A DNA stretch of 64,000 bases from an uncultured Candidatus Saccharibacteria bacterium (GTDB lineage: Bacteria; Patescibacteriota; Minisyncoccia; Phycocordibacterales; UBA9988). Position 1 is the stretch's first letter. The number at the start of each line of letters is the position of its first letter. Positions 45,289 through 55,830 of this stretch are shown here, piece after piece. Position numbers and translations under genes: made by a program. Under the pieces are notes generated by a model that saw only the letters and a list, made by a program, of their open reading frames with translations, was not told where the DNA came from and searched no databases. The stretch spans positions 8,848-72,847 of the forward strand of contig CAYNXC010000003.1 in the NCBI GenBank assembly GCA_964401135.1. Direction: 5' to 3'.

Positions 45289-46573
45289 GAGCGATGCGAG
45301 CCATTGTTTCTTTTTTCCCAAGGATAGCAGCGACGGTAAAGGGATCGGGAGATCGTTCAAGGCCAGTGAGCGCCACACGGAACGGCCATAGCACTGCTCC
45401 CCTCCCCTCCGCATTCGCATACTCCCATACCGCCTTCTTAATGAACTCGGCACTAAAATCATCTTCTGATACGGCATCAAGAAGTTCAGCGGTGCGGGCG
45501 AGATGCTCTGGTGTCTTTAAGAGTTCTCGTGTAGGTGCTGTATAAGAAGAGATGAAAGAGAGTTCTCCTCCTGGAGCGAGGAGTGTCTTAGCATCAGAGA
45601 GGGTCACCATCCGCTCACGCAGGAGTGGGATGAGTTTAGAAAGCTTCTCAGCAGATACTGGGACTCGTGGTGACAGTGCATTCAAAAGTGCCTCATCCCC
45701 CATCCGCTTAATATACTCTCGATTAAACCAATTCAGTTTCTCACTTGAGAAGATGGCGCCACTCTTCTGTACCTTTGCAAGATCAAAATGCTCCACGAGC
45801 TCAGCAAGGGTGAAGAGCTCTTGGCCACTGCTCGGTTCCTTACCCTGAGGAGACCAGCCGAGTAATGCGAAAAAGTTAGTGAAGGCCTCCGGTACATAGC
45901 CCCTGTCACGGTACTCAGTCACAGCTACTGCTCCGTGACGCTTAGAAAGTTTGCTCTTATCGGGAGCGAGGATGAGTGGGATGTGTGCATAGGTGAAGTT
46001 GGGAGCTCCTAGCGCGCGAGAAATGAGTATCTGCCGAGGCGTGTTGGAAATACCGTCTTCACCGCGGATGATGTGCGTCACTCCCATCACAAAATCATCC
46101 ACCACAACAGCGAGATGGTAGAGAGGTGTCTCGCGGTCTTTTGCAATCACAAAGTCACCAAGCTCACCTACATCAAAGTTAATGCCTCCGCGGATCTCGT
46201 CGTGGAAACTCACTACTCCTCCCGGGTTTTTAAAACGGATGACAGAGCTGTGTTCACCATCTCTCTCTTCAGACTCGTACGCACTCCCCGCAAAAAGGAG
46301 CTTGTCTATGTACTCACGATACACCTTTGTGCGCTCGCTCTGTCGATAGAACTCGTCGTACGAGATACCCAGCCAAGTAAGTCCTTCAATGATGTTCTCT
46401 TCATATTCTTTTTTTGATCGCTCTTTATCAGTATCCTCTATACGGAGGATAAATTTGCCGCCGTACTTTTTTGCGTAGAGATAGTTAAAGAGCGCCGTCC
46501 GCGCACTCCCCACATGAAAGAGCCCTGTAGGTGAGGGCGGGAAGCGCGTAATTACCTGTTGAGCAGGAGCCAT
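45269..46573 (-). CDS. gltX: glutamate--tRNA ligase
   Basis: Class I aaRS with PSPTGLFHVGSARTALFNY (HIGH region) and the KMSKS-like KLSKR motif. I use the ATG at 46573 (MAPAQQVITRFPPSPTG). Confidence 0.92.
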   Translation of the reverse strand: MAPAQQVITRFPPSPTGLFHVGSARTALFNYLYAKKYGGKFILRIEDTDKERSKKEYEENIIEGLTWLGISYDEFYRQSERTKVYREYIDKLLFAGSAYESEERDGEHSSVIRFKNPGGVVSFHDEIRGGINFDVGELGDFVIAKDRETPLYHLAVVVDDFVMGVTHIIRGEDGISNTPRQILISRALGAPNFTYAHIPLILAPDKSKLSKRHGAVAVTEYRDRGYVPEAFTNFFALLGWSPQGKEPSSGQELFTLAELVEHFDLAKVQKSGAIFSSEKLNWFNREYIKRMGDEALLNALSPRVPVSAEKLSKLIPLLRERMVTLSDAKTLLAPGGELSFISSYTAPTRELLKTPEHLARTAELLDAVSEDDFSAEFIKKAVWEYANAEGRGAVLWPFRVALTGLERSPDPFTVAAILGKKETMARIAHAQSFS

Positions 46574-46598
46574 AAAGAGAGTATAGCACGGCTTACCT

Positions 46599-47720
46599 CT
46601 AGTGTGCGGAGGCGAGATGGATGAGTTGTTCTGCGATGAGACGAGCCGCGTCAGGACGGGCAAAGCCTCTTGCAGAGGAGCCCATACGCTCACGGAGTTG
46701 GGCATTATCTATGAGCCGCGTTACTTCTGAAGCGAGGATGCTGGGAGTCAGGTTCCCCTCTTCAATCACTACTGCGGCACCAGAGCGCGCGTATGTAAAG
46801 GCATTATTCAATTGATCGTGCGATACCGATTCCGGGATAGGGATGATAATGGATGGCAACCCCCACTGTGCAATCTCAAAAATGGTTGAACCCGCGCGAG
46901 AAATGATAAGAGTAGCGGCTCCTGCAGCGCGCACCATCTGGTTGTCATCAAGGTAAGCAAAGAGCTTATAGCGATTCTTATGCGGGCTATCGACAAGCGT
47001 CACACTGGTGCGCGCAGCGACATCATCATAGTTTACCCTCCCTGTTTGATGGATCACCTGAAATCGCGTAAGGATGTCAGGAAGTGCATCAACTACCGTA
47101 TCGTTAATACGCATGGAGCCCTGTGAGCCACCGAGAATGAGGATAACAGGTATGGCAGGATCCAGACCAAAGGTCTCGTGAGCGCCCGCCGTCACTGGAT
47201 GCATAATGCGCGAGCGCAAGGGATTCCCTGTAACTGCGGTTCTCTCGGCGGGGAAGAAGTGGTATGCATCAGGGTACGAGACCGCAATCTTGCGTGCAAA
47301 CTTGCCTGTCCACGCATTGACTCTCCCCGGCCCCGAGTCCGACTCGTGCATCATTACGGGTATACCCAAAATGCGCGCTGCAAATACGGATGGGAAGCTC
47401 GCATAAGCGCCTTTTGAGAAGACTACATTCGGGTAGATCCGGAGTACCACCCAGAGCGCCTTACACACGGCGAGTACAGTGCGGATGCTGTCGGTAATAT
47501 TTTTCAAAGAGAAGTAACGACGGGCCTTACCTGTCTGTATCTCACAGTACTGAATGCCAAATTCAGAGAGTTTTTCTGCATCGTAGGGAGAGGTAGAGAC
47601 ATAAAATAATTCTGCATCTGCACTATCTCGTTCTGAAAGAATTTTTTTGACTTCTTCTACAACCGCGATGATTGGATAAAAGTGCCCCCCTGTCCCTCCG
47701 CCGGTGAATAGTATGCGCAT
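46599..47720 (-). CDS. murG: undecaprenyldiphospho-muramoylpentapeptide beta-N-acetylglucosaminyltransferase
   Basis: 373 aa. The N-terminus MRILFTGGGTGGHFYP is the MurG glycine-rich signature, within a GT-B fold. Confidence 0.92.
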   Translation of the reverse strand: MRILFTGGGTGGHFYPIIAVVEEVKKILSERDSADAELFYVSTSPYDAEKLSEFGIQYCEIQTGKARRYFSLKNITDSIRTVLAVCKALWVVLRIYPNVVFSKGAYASFPSVFAARILGIPVMMHESDSGPGRVNAWTGKFARKIAVSYPDAYHFFPAERTAVTGNPLRSRIMHPVTAGAHETFGLDPAIPVILILGGSQGSMRINDTVVDALPDILTRFQVIHQTGRVNYDDVAARTSVTLVDSPHKNRYKLFAYLDDNQMVRAAGAATLIISRAGSTIFEIAQWGLPSIIIPIPESVSHDQLNNAFTYARSGAAVVIEEGNLTPSILASEVTRLIDNAQLRERMGSSARGFARPDAARLIAEQLIHLASAH

Positions 47721-47726
47721 AAAATT

Positions 47727-48833
47727 TTATTGATGATTGATCTGATAACGCGAGACATTGAGTACAATGCCGATGCCAAGGAGTGAGAAAAAGAGTGCAG
47801 TACCGCCGTGGCTCACAAAGGTGAGAGGGACCCCAGTCAGCGGAATAACACCTAGCATCGCTGAGATGTTGATAAAGGTACCTGCCGTCACCATCACCAC
47901 AATCCCCACCACCAGGAGTCGACTAAAGGCGTCAGGCGCTCGCGAGGCAATTTTTAATCCCCAAAGACCAAAGAGGAGAAAAAGGAGGACGAGCACCACG
48001 GAGCCGATGAATCCAAGTTCTTCCCCTACCACAGCAAAGACCGAGTCGCCGATGGACTCTGGCAGGTAATTAAATTTTTGTATACTCTGACCGTAACCAC
48101 GCCCCAATATCCCACCAGAGCCGATAGCAATGAGTGATTGATTGATCTGATAGGAGGCTCCACGCACATCGTGCGAAGGATTGATAAAGGTGAGTACCCG
48201 ATCTCTCACATAGGGACGAAAGAGACACAGGGCACCAAGCCCCACCAGAGCTACAAGGAAGAGGTAGAAGAGGTGTAACCACCTACCCCCTGCCACAACA
48301 AACATGGCAATACTCGTAACAAAGATAATCATAAAGGTACCCGTATCCGGCTGCTTGAGCAGTATCACTCCGAGAAGCGATATCATCAAAAGGTACGGAA
48401 GAAGACCAAGTTGAAAGGTCTTAATACGATCACGAGAGATAACAAGCCACGATGCAAAATACACAATAAAACTCAATTTCAACATCTCTGATGGCTGTAA
48501 TGAATATGGGCCAATAGAGAGCCAGCGTCGTGCCCCATTAAACGAGAAGCCAATATGTGGGAGAAATACAGCAAGAGTCAATCCTATAGCAGCGAGAAAG
48601 ATATGGATCGCATAGCTCCTCCATATTTTGAAAGGTATGAGCGAGGCAATAAAAAATGTGACGAGGCCAGACAACAGACTTACAAACTGCGACTTATCAA
48701 AAGGGAGATACCATCTACCATTCTCCCCTAAGGTAGAGAGTGATGCAGAAGAAGAAAGGAGAAACCCACCCAACACGAGGGTGAGTGCTAAACTTAAAAA
48801 AATAAAATCAATACGACGGTGGGTATTCTTCAT
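47727..48833 (-). CDS. ftsW: SEDS-family peptidoglycan glycosyltransferase (FtsW/RodA)
   Basis: 368 aa with about 10 TM helices and conserved SEDS C-terminal blocks. Its position between murG and mraY favours ftsW. Confidence 0.85.
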   Translation of the reverse strand: MKNTHRRIDFIFLSLALTLVLGGFLLSSSASLSTLGENGRWYLPFDKSQFVSLLSGLVTFFIASLIPFKIWRSYAIHIFLAAIGLTLAVFLPHIGFSFNGARRWLSIGPYSLQPSEMLKLSFIVYFASWLVISRDRIKTFQLGLLPYLLMISLLGVILLKQPDTGTFMIIFVTSIAMFVVAGGRWLHLFYLFLVALVGLGALCLFRPYVRDRVLTFINPSHDVRGASYQINQSLIAIGSGGILGRGYGQSIQKFNYLPESIGDSVFAVVGEELGFIGSVVLVLLFLLFGLWGLKIASRAPDAFSRLLVVGIVVMVTAGTFINISAMLGVIPLTGVPLTFVSHGGTALFFSLLGIGIVLNVSRYQINHQ

Positions 48834-49885
48834 TTTCCTATTATTGCTATGACCATACCAATTATCGCCATCATAATTCCGATTACCCAGTAGCGCATCA
48901 CCACCTTATACGAGGGCCAGCCAATAGCCTCAAAGTGGTGATGGAGCGGAGCAACCTGGAACACTTTTTTCCCACGAAATCGTTTTGAGAGTAATTGAAT
49001 GATCACTGAGCAAGAAGTAATGAAGAGTGGGAATGCAATGATGGGGAGGACAAGCACAGAATCGGTCAAGAAGGCAACGACTGTGAGTGTCGTGGTCAAC
49101 CCTAAGATCCCAGTCTCTGACATATAGAAACGCGCGGGAGGAATATTGAACCAGAGAAAAGCGAATATGCCACCCAAGAGCACTGAACAGAAAGCTGCCA
49201 GATCAATCTGATTTTGGAGAAATGCAATACCAGCAAATGAAGAGAAAATAGCCGCCATAACTCCTCCAGCAAGTCCGTCTAATCCATCAATGACGCTAGA
49301 AGAAAAGAGAGCGAGCATGATAGCGATGAAAAAAGGAATAAAGAGTATACCCAGAGAGAAGTCTCCATAAAAAGGAACATGAACCGAGTCCACACCGAGA
49401 CGAGCGTAAAACCACCAGCCCCCAGCAAGCCCTAGTAAAATCACCACAGAGAGGCGCTTCCAAAAAGAGAGCCCCCCCACATAGGTTCCTCCCCCATCGC
49501 GCACCTGCGTCCAATCGTCAATGAGGCCAACCAAGGAAGCAACGATAAGGGTAAAGAGTGGGAGCCAAGTCTGATTACGAGAGAGAAAATCTAGCTTCTG
49601 TGTAATCTCGTTAGGAAAGATCATAGAGAGGAGCCAGACAGCGCCAATTGTAATGAGTGTGGAGAGCCAAATAATCGCACCTCCCATACGCGGCGTGCCC
49701 ACCTCCTTCTCTCTATGAAGACTGTCAAAAATAGGAGTTGCCGAGCCGTCAGGAGCTAACTTCCCAGGGCGCTTTTTCCACATCCGATATTTATAGAGGT
49801 AGTAGGTCAGTGCTGGCGTTATAAGTATGCCAACCATAAAGGCGATGGAGCTCGGAGCAAACACTTTTAAAACATTGAGCATCAT
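48830..49885 (-). CDS. mraY: phospho-N-acetylmuramoyl-pentapeptide-transferase
   Basis: 351 aa polytopic protein with DD motifs and the C-terminal HHHFE motif of MraY. Confidence 0.93.
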   Translation of the reverse strand: MMLNVLKVFAPSSIAFMVGILITPALTYYLYKYRMWKKRPGKLAPDGSATPIFDSLHREKEVGTPRMGGAIIWLSTLITIGAVWLLSMIFPNEITQKLDFLSRNQTWLPLFTLIVASLVGLIDDWTQVRDGGGTYVGGLSFWKRLSVVILLGLAGGWWFYARLGVDSVHVPFYGDFSLGILFIPFFIAIMLALFSSSVIDGLDGLAGGVMAAIFSSFAGIAFLQNQIDLAAFCSVLLGGIFAFLWFNIPPARFYMSETGILGLTTTLTVVAFLTDSVLVLPIIAFPLFITSCSVIIQLLSKRFRGKKVFQVAPLHHHFEAIGWPSYKVVMRYWVIGIMMAIIGMVIAIIGK

Positions 49886-50871
49886 AATGCTAAGCTTTTA
49901 TGATAATAAGCTTCGCTCGCACGCACGAGCGCGGCAACATCAGAAAAGCGTCCATCTTGCGTGGAGCCAAGTACAACCACGACAACTGGTTGTGCTAGTC
50001 CACGATCAAAGACTACCGCCAGATTTCCTCCAGCTAGATCAGTGAAGCCAGTCTTTGATGCGATCAGTCCGGGGATCGTGTTCACCAACTCGTTAGTGTT
50101 TACGGCGAGCGCTGCCGCCCCTTGCTCACTCCTCACTGTGTAGGAAGCATGTTTTGAGTACTCTACCACTGGCAAGTACCTACGCACTGTATAGGCGAAC
50201 AGTTGCGCGAAATCTCTAGCGGATCCATAGGAGCCCCCTTGCGTACCCGAGACATCAAGTCCGGTGGGGTTTGCAAAAAAAGTTTCAGTGAGTCCAATCC
50301 GTCGAGCTTTTTCATTCATGAGAGAGACAATATCACGAGATAGTTTGAGCTCCACACTCTCAGCAAGAGCCTCGGCTCCATCGTTAGATGAAGCAATAAG
50401 TGTGAGTGCCACGAGATCAGTGGCGGACCATACATCTCCCACATGTAGTCCACTATCCCCTTCTGGAGTGAGCATCGCTTCAGTTATGACGACCTTTGCA
50501 TCCGGATCAAGCGAATCTACAGCAACTAATGCAGTCATTATCTTTGTGAGTGATGCGAGCGGAAGCTGTGTACGAGCATTTTTCTCAAAGAGCACCGTAT
50601 CTGTAGAGAGATCAATCACGAAAGCGGCATGCCCGGTGATAGAGATATCGGAGAAAACATTTGGGTTTGTTTTTTCTCCTTGGGATGCCACCGCCGCTTG
50701 CATATCCGACGGAGAATTGCTCGTCCGGAGGGGAAAATGCATCCATGCAGGCATGTCAAGTGCGGTAGAGGCAAGTGCAAGAAGTACAAAGACAATGAGG
50801 CCTGCGGTGCCTGCGACAAGCAAACGCTCTTTCCTTTCTCCTCTTTCTATCATTGTCTCTTTATCATCCAT
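49882..50871 (-). CDS. D-alanyl-D-alanine carboxypeptidase (S11, PBP5/6-like)
   Basis: A signal/anchor, then SxxK (ASLTK), SxN (SSND) and KTG (SKTGFT) motifs. Confidence 0.85.
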   Translation of the reverse strand: MDDKETMIERGERKERLLVAGTAGLIVFVLLALASTALDMPAWMHFPLRTSNSPSDMQAAVASQGEKTNPNVFSDISITGHAAFVIDLSTDTVLFEKNARTQLPLASLTKIMTALVAVDSLDPDAKVVITEAMLTPEGDSGLHVGDVWSATDLVALTLIASSNDGAEALAESVELKLSRDIVSLMNEKARRIGLTETFFANPTGLDVSGTQGGSYGSARDFAQLFAYTVRRYLPVVEYSKHASYTVRSEQGAAALAVNTNELVNTIPGLIASKTGFTDLAGGNLAVVFDRGLAQPVVVVVLGSTQDGRFSDVAALVRASEAYYHKSLAL

Positions 50872-51382
50872 GCTGTTGTAGAGCGTCTATCTCACTCATA
50901 ATACGCTCCCGTTCAGGGAGTTCATCTACGCTAGTGAGACCTAGCTCGGCAAGTAATCCTGCTGTTGTACGATACATGAATGACTTCCCATCAGGGACCC
51001 TTTCCACTAATCCACGGATGAGGAGTGATCGTAAGACATACTGTGAGTTCACTCCTCGGATGTAGTCAATATCCGTCTTCGTCACCGGACCGCGGTAGAG
51101 GATGATGGAAAGTGTCTCCAATCCAGCCCTCCCAATGTCGTGAGACAGCTCATCTTTTGTAATACGCGCAATAAGTTCAGATACTTCAGGGGCAGTGACG
51201 AGCGCAAGACTCTCGTTAGTCTCCAACAACTGTAATCCCCGTCCAGTGAGATGCTCCCGTAACTGTAACACTGCACTATGAAGCTCGGCTTCACTGACTG
51301 AGAGAAGTGAAGCAAGCTGAGTGCGTGCCACTGGTTCCCCCTTCCAAAACAAGACCGCCTCGATGGCGCGCTCTGTATCCAT
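50864..51382 (-). CDS. scpB: segregation and condensation protein B
   Basis: 172 aa with two winged-helix repeats and the conserved ScpB blocks (EAVLFW ... P ... LETLSIILYRGPVTKTDIDYIRGV). Confidence 0.88.
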   Translation of the reverse strand: MDTERAIEAVLFWKGEPVARTQLASLLSVSEAELHSAVLQLREHLTGRGLQLLETNESLALVTAPEVSELIARITKDELSHDIGRAGLETLSIILYRGPVTKTDIDYIRGVNSQYVLRSLLIRGLVERVPDGKSFMYRTTAGLLAELGLTSVDELPERERIMSEIDALQQHG

Positions 51383-51499
51383 GGCTCACATTCTACCATG
51401 GCTCCATCACAGTCGGAATACCTTGACTGGAGTTAAACTCCAGTCATTAATTTTTAGGTACGCGCAGGGTAAATAAGTCACCCGGAGGATTTTTATTTT

Positions 51500-52228
51500 T
51501 TATAAATAGCGCGGAGTGTCCAAGTCTTGCGACTCCATATGGATGTCTTTAAAGTGTTCCTCTTGGCGGACGGCAATAGTCCCCTGTTTGACGAGTTCCA
51601 ACATACCGAGAAAGCTGACAATGACTTCTACTTTCTCTTTCTTGTCTCCAACAAAATCATTAAAGGAGAGTGAGAAAGCATGCTTCACTCGTTGCAAGAG
51701 AGAGCCGATCACTTCTTCCATTGAAATGATTTTTCTTATCACCACCTTACTCAACTGCTCTTGCTTAGGAAAAGAGACGAGCAACGCTTTCAACGCCTCA
51801 AGGAGTCGTGGAAGTGTCGCGTCTGGAGAGAGTGAGAAGACTGGAGTGCGAGGAGGCGCATTGAGCGGCAGGTAGAGCGGAGTGGTGCCAAAACGCTTTT
51901 CAAGAATGAGTGCCCCCTCGCGTACAAGTGCAAGCTCCTGGAGTCTCCGCTCGAGTGATTCTACACTCTCCGACTCCTCTTCTGTGAGTTGTAAACCGGG
52001 AAGGAGCGAGACGGACTTAATGAGCATAAGCGTCGAAGCCGTCACAAGAAATTCCGCCGCCTCATCCTTGGGGAGCTCCCCTACATCCCTCAGATAGTTA
52101 AGAAAATTTTCAGAGACCTCAGCAAGAGACACGTCGCTAATGTGGAGCTTCCGCTTTTCAACCAAGTCCAAGAGTAGATCCAAGGGACCGGAAAAGCGTT
52201 CAGTCTGAAGAGTGAAGGACTGGCTCAT
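51500..52228 (-). CDS. scpA: segregation and condensation protein A
   Basis: 242 aa. The N-terminus F.GPLDLLLDLV ... I.LAEVSE is the ScpA/kleisin signature. It lies directly upstream of scpB. Confidence 0.88.
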   Translation of the reverse strand: MSQSFTLQTERFSGPLDLLLDLVEKRKLHISDVSLAEVSENFLNYLRDVGELPKDEAAEFLVTASTLMLIKSVSLLPGLQLTEEESESVESLERRLQELALVREGALILEKRFGTTPLYLPLNAPPRTPVFSLSPDATLPRLLEALKALLVSFPKQEQLSKVVIRKIISMEEVIGSLLQRVKHAFSLSFNDFVGDKKEKVEVIVSFLGMLELVKQGTIAVRQEEHFKDIHMESQDLDTPRYL

Positions 52229-52899
52229 AGCACATTTTCCTGTTCAATCCGAGCAATATCTTCAGGGCTATTTACCTGATGCCAACATACTAGCTCATGA
52301 GCAATGATATGTTCTTCTTGTGCAAGGAGGGCGACGGTCTGTGGCAAGCCATACTCCCCACTCAAGGGAAGAAACACAGGATCAAGAGAAAAGATTTTTT
52401 TATTAAGCGTGAAAGTATTAGTCCCAATACAGATAGGTGATCCGATACTAGGACGAGTAAATCCTAAAAAAACTCCATCGTTGATAGTTGCGGCGAGTAT
52501 TTTTTCTTGAGCAATACCGCGTGCGTAGCCGAAAGCGAGTTCAGTCTGAGTAAATTGATCCAATTCTTTTTTATCGTAAAGATCATCTCCGTTGAGTACT
52601 AAAAAATACCCATCTGCAAGCAGTGACTTGGCCGACCACAGTGCTCCAGCAGTCCCTTTCATATCTCCTTGCACTACATAGTGGATTGGTATCCCTTTAT
52701 AATCTTCCCCTAAACGGGAACGCAGATCATCCCTGCGGTAACCAACGACAATAAGGATCCTTCGTATTGCATTAGGGAGGGCGTCAAGCACATGGAGAAT
52801 GAGCGCCTTTCCCAATATAGGAATTAAGGGCTTCGGAAGAGATTCTGTGAGTGGGCGCATACGCGTCCCCTCACCGCCTGCCAGTATCAGTGCATCCAT
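52225..52899 (-). CDS. sugar-phosphate nucleotidyltransferase (NTP-transferase family)
   Basis: The N-terminus MDALILAGGEGTRMRPLT is the G-x-G-T-R-x-x-P-x-T nucleotidyltransferase signature. I use the ATG at 52899; the track ORF extends 40 codons upstream. Confidence 0.8.
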   Translation of the reverse strand: MDALILAGGEGTRMRPLTESLPKPLIPILGKALILHVLDALPNAIRRILIVVGYRRDDLRSRLGEDYKGIPIHYVVQGDMKGTAGALWSAKSLLADGYFLVLNGDDLYDKKELDQFTQTELAFGYARGIAQEKILAATINDGVFLGFTRPSIGSPICIGTNTFTLNKKIFSLDPVFLPLSGEYGLPQTVALLAQEEHIIAHELVCWHQVNSPEDIARIEQENVL

Positions 52900-52928
52900 C
52901 CTGCTAGTATACAAGAAAACAGACCTCT

Positions 52929-53396
52929 CTAGGAGAGGTCTGTCGCGAGTGCCTCCAGCGGGGGCATGGTAAGTGAATGTGCGAGAGGAGGACCTCCTGG
53001 AGCACGATATAGAGCCCATTTGATAAGCTTGAACTGAGCTGGGTAGAAATCCCCTTCAGTAGAATTGATCTCTTCTGGGGTAAACCATTTTCGTTCAGCA
53101 ATCTCACCATCCATATTCTCTGTAGCCAAGCTCCCATCTGAGCAGAGCGCACGGAGTAATACAACATGTCCGCGCGTCTTAAGGAGAGTAAAGAGCCCAA
53201 TCATCTTTACTTCTAAAAGATTGAGACCGGTCTCCTCTTGTAATTCACGCCGAGCGGCTCCATATAACGATTCTCCTTTTTCTACCTTCCCACCAGGGAG
53301 AGACCATTTTTCTTGTCCGTACGAATGACGGACACAGAGTATCCTCCCCTGTTCATCTGCAAGATAAACAAAAACACCGGGTGCTGTTTGCTCCAC
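52929..53396 (-). CDS. NUDIX hydrolase
   Basis: 155 aa with the Nudix box GGKVEKGESLYGAARRELQEETG. Confidence 0.85.
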   Translation of the reverse strand: MEQTAPGVFVYLADEQGRILCVRHSYGQEKWSLPGGKVEKGESLYGAARRELQEETGLNLLEVKMIGLFTLLKTRGHVVLLRALCSDGSLATENMDGEIAERKWFTPEEINSTEGDFYPAQFKLIKWALYRAPGGPPLAHSLTMPPLEALATDLS

Positions 53397-53462
53397 TATC
53401 CATCACCTCCTTTATAGAGTACATCTAAGAGAGAGTGTAACAGACTATTCATATCTAGTCAA

Positions 53463-54791
53463 CTACTCCGCCAGACGAGTATCTATGCGGTTTAAGTCGC
53501 GGGGAAAGAGCGTTGCCTCCTTCACATTCTCTATGCCGAGTAGTTTTGAGGTAAGACGCTCAAGTCCAAGGCCAAAGCCTCCGTGCGGAGGCATGCCATA
53601 CTTAAAGGCTTGTAGATAGAAGCGAAACTTCTCTGGGTCCAGCCCCCGCTTGCTCATCTCGGCAACAAGGTCATCATACTCATGGATGCGCTGACCGCCC
53701 GTGGTGATCTCCACCCCGCGGAAGAGAAGGTCAAAGCCGGCAGCATAACCTGGATTTTCTGGATCACCGTAGGTGTACATAGGGCGCTTAGAGAGTGGGA
53801 AATGTGTGATAAAAATAAATTCTGAGTCGAATGTTTTTTGCGAGTACTCACAAAGCCAGCGTTCGTGTGCTGGATCTAAGTCCGGCTCTTTGGTACAGTC
53901 CTCTCCCGTCTCTTTACTAATCAAGGCTTGTGCCTCTCGTAAAGTGAGAGCAGGTATCTCCTTTGGGACAGTGGGAAGTGTCGCCCCAAGTAAAACAAGT
54001 TCTCGTGGAGCACGCTGTACTAAGAGTGGCACCATGAAGAGGAGGAGCTCATTCTCCATCCGCATCACATCTCTAAAGCTCTCTATAAAGCCCATCTCTA
54101 TATCCAGACTGGTGTACTCGTTTAAGTGCCGTGTTGTGGCATGTTTCTCGGCACGGTACACATTCCCTGTGGCAAAGACGCGCTCAAACACTCCAACCAT
54201 AATCTGCTTGTAGAACTGCGGACTCTGCGCGAGATGCGCCGTATGTTTGAAGTACTCCACATTAAAAGAGTTTGCCCCTCCCTCGGCATCATCCCCGATC
54301 AGCTTGGGTGCCTGTATCTCAACGAAGTGTTTTTGAATAAAAAATTCACGGAAGAGCTGAATGAGGATTGCTTGTAGACGAAAGATTGCTTGGCGCTTCT
54401 CCGTGCGTAGGGTAAGCGGTAAGTAGTCAAAGATAGTATCAATGTTTAGGTCTGCATCTTTTTCAAAAGGGAGCTCTTTTGCAGAGCCAAGTACTCGGAG
54501 ATTTTTTACCTCCACCTCAATATCCCCATTCAGTCCCTCTTTTACCATCTTTTCTGGTCGTCTATTCACTACGCCTTCGACGCGCACCACCCACTCAGGG
54601 CGTACCGTCTCTGCCACTCCGTGTGCTTCAGCGTTATTAGGGAGCACCACCATCTGCACAGAACCACTCGCGTCACGCAGGTCGATAAAAATAAGCTTGC
54701 CGTGATCACGGCGCACATCAATCCAACCGGCAATAGCGACCTCCTCCCCCACCTTTGTGCCCAAGTCCTTAATGTATACTCTGTCTTTCAT
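53463..54791 (-). CDS. aspS: class IIb aminoacyl-tRNA synthetase of the AspRS2/AsnRS type (most likely aspartate--tRNA ligase, archaeal/eukaryotic-like short form)
   Basis: 442 aa with an N-terminal OB anticodon-binding domain (IFIDLRDASGSVQ) and class II motifs 1, 2 (FR.E) and 3 (GGFGLGLERL). It lacks the GAD insertion of bacterial AspRS. I cannot tell by eye whether the specificity is Asp or Asn. Confidence 0.8.
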   Translation of the reverse strand: MKDRVYIKDLGTKVGEEVAIAGWIDVRRDHGKLIFIDLRDASGSVQMVVLPNNAEAHGVAETVRPEWVVRVEGVVNRRPEKMVKEGLNGDIEVEVKNLRVLGSAKELPFEKDADLNIDTIFDYLPLTLRTEKRQAIFRLQAILIQLFREFFIQKHFVEIQAPKLIGDDAEGGANSFNVEYFKHTAHLAQSPQFYKQIMVGVFERVFATGNVYRAEKHATTRHLNEYTSLDIEMGFIESFRDVMRMENELLLFMVPLLVQRAPRELVLLGATLPTVPKEIPALTLREAQALISKETGEDCTKEPDLDPAHERWLCEYSQKTFDSEFIFITHFPLSKRPMYTYGDPENPGYAAGFDLLFRGVEITTGGQRIHEYDDLVAEMSKRGLDPEKFRFYLQAFKYGMPPHGGFGLGLERLTSKLLGIENVKEATLFPRDLNRIDTRLAE

Positions 54792-54792
54792 A

Positions 54793-55773
54793 TTAGCGAG
54801 TTACTCCAATGCGCTCTCGAACGAGAGACATTTTCCCCTCTGCGCGAGCGCGTGCCCTCTCTCCTCCATCGGCTAGAATACCGTATACATCAGAACGATT
54901 CTCGGCAAGTTCACGGCGATACTCGCGTAGTGGCGTTATAAATTTTTTTATACTCTCAACAAGTTGCTCTTTCGCCTCCCTGTAACCTATACCACCTTCG
55001 CGGTAACGCTGTTCTAGCTCGGCAAGTTTATCTGCCTCGCTCACCAGCCGATGAAGTGCAAAGACGGTGCAGGAATCGGGATCCTTTACCTCTTCTACTC
55101 CCTTAGAGTCAGTGGTAATCCCCATCACCAATCTTTCAATCTCGTCATCTTCTGCAAAGAGCGGTATGGTATTGTTATAGCTCTTGCTCATCTTACGCCC
55201 ATCCGTACCGGGAACGATCCCTGCCGATGAGAAGATGAGCGGCTCAGGCAAAGTAAAGGTCTCACCAAAAATACGATTAAACTTTTCTGCGGTATCGCGC
55301 GTAATTTCAATATGCTGTTTTTGATCTTGCCCCACTGGGACTACTTGCGCATCAAAGAGGAGAATATCTGCCGCCATGAGCATAGGATAATTAAAGATGC
55401 CCACATTGATCTCTCTGTTGCGTGCCTCGGCGTCTTTAAAGGCGTGTGCACGCATCAAGTACGGCATGGTGATAAGACAATCAAAAATCCACGCGAGTTC
55501 AGTAGCCAGCCGTACCGACGACTGCGTGTAGAGAGTTACTTTGCTCGGGTCAAGGCCAATGGCGAGGTAGTCCAGCGCAATATCAATGGAGTTAGACTCC
55601 ATCTCCTCTCTATCTTGCACTGTCGTGAGTGCATGGTAGTCAGCAATGAAGATGTAAGCGTCGTACTCGTTTTGCAATTCCACAAACTGATGCATCGCGC
55701 CAAAGTAGTTACCAATATGTGGTCTACCTGTGGGCTTCACGCCAGAGAGGAGCACCTTTTCTCTCGTATGCAT
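54793..55773 (-). CDS. trpS: tryptophan--tRNA ligase
   Basis: 326 aa with class I HIGH (PTGRPHIGN) and KMSKS (KMSKSYNN) motifs at the size typical of TrpRS. Confidence 0.93.
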   Translation of the reverse strand: MHTREKVLLSGVKPTGRPHIGNYFGAMHQFVELQNEYDAYIFIADYHALTTVQDREEMESNSIDIALDYLAIGLDPSKVTLYTQSSVRLATELAWIFDCLITMPYLMRAHAFKDAEARNREINVGIFNYPMLMAADILLFDAQVVPVGQDQKQHIEITRDTAEKFNRIFGETFTLPEPLIFSSAGIVPGTDGRKMSKSYNNTIPLFAEDDEIERLVMGITTDSKGVEEVKDPDSCTVFALHRLVSEADKLAELEQRYREGGIGYREAKEQLVESIKKFITPLREYRRELAENRSDVYGILADGGERARARAEGKMSLVRERIGVTR

Positions 55774-55830
55774 AGGCGTATCATAGCACTCGGCGTAGGG
55801 GAAGTAAAAATCCCCAGTCCGAGCCCCTGT

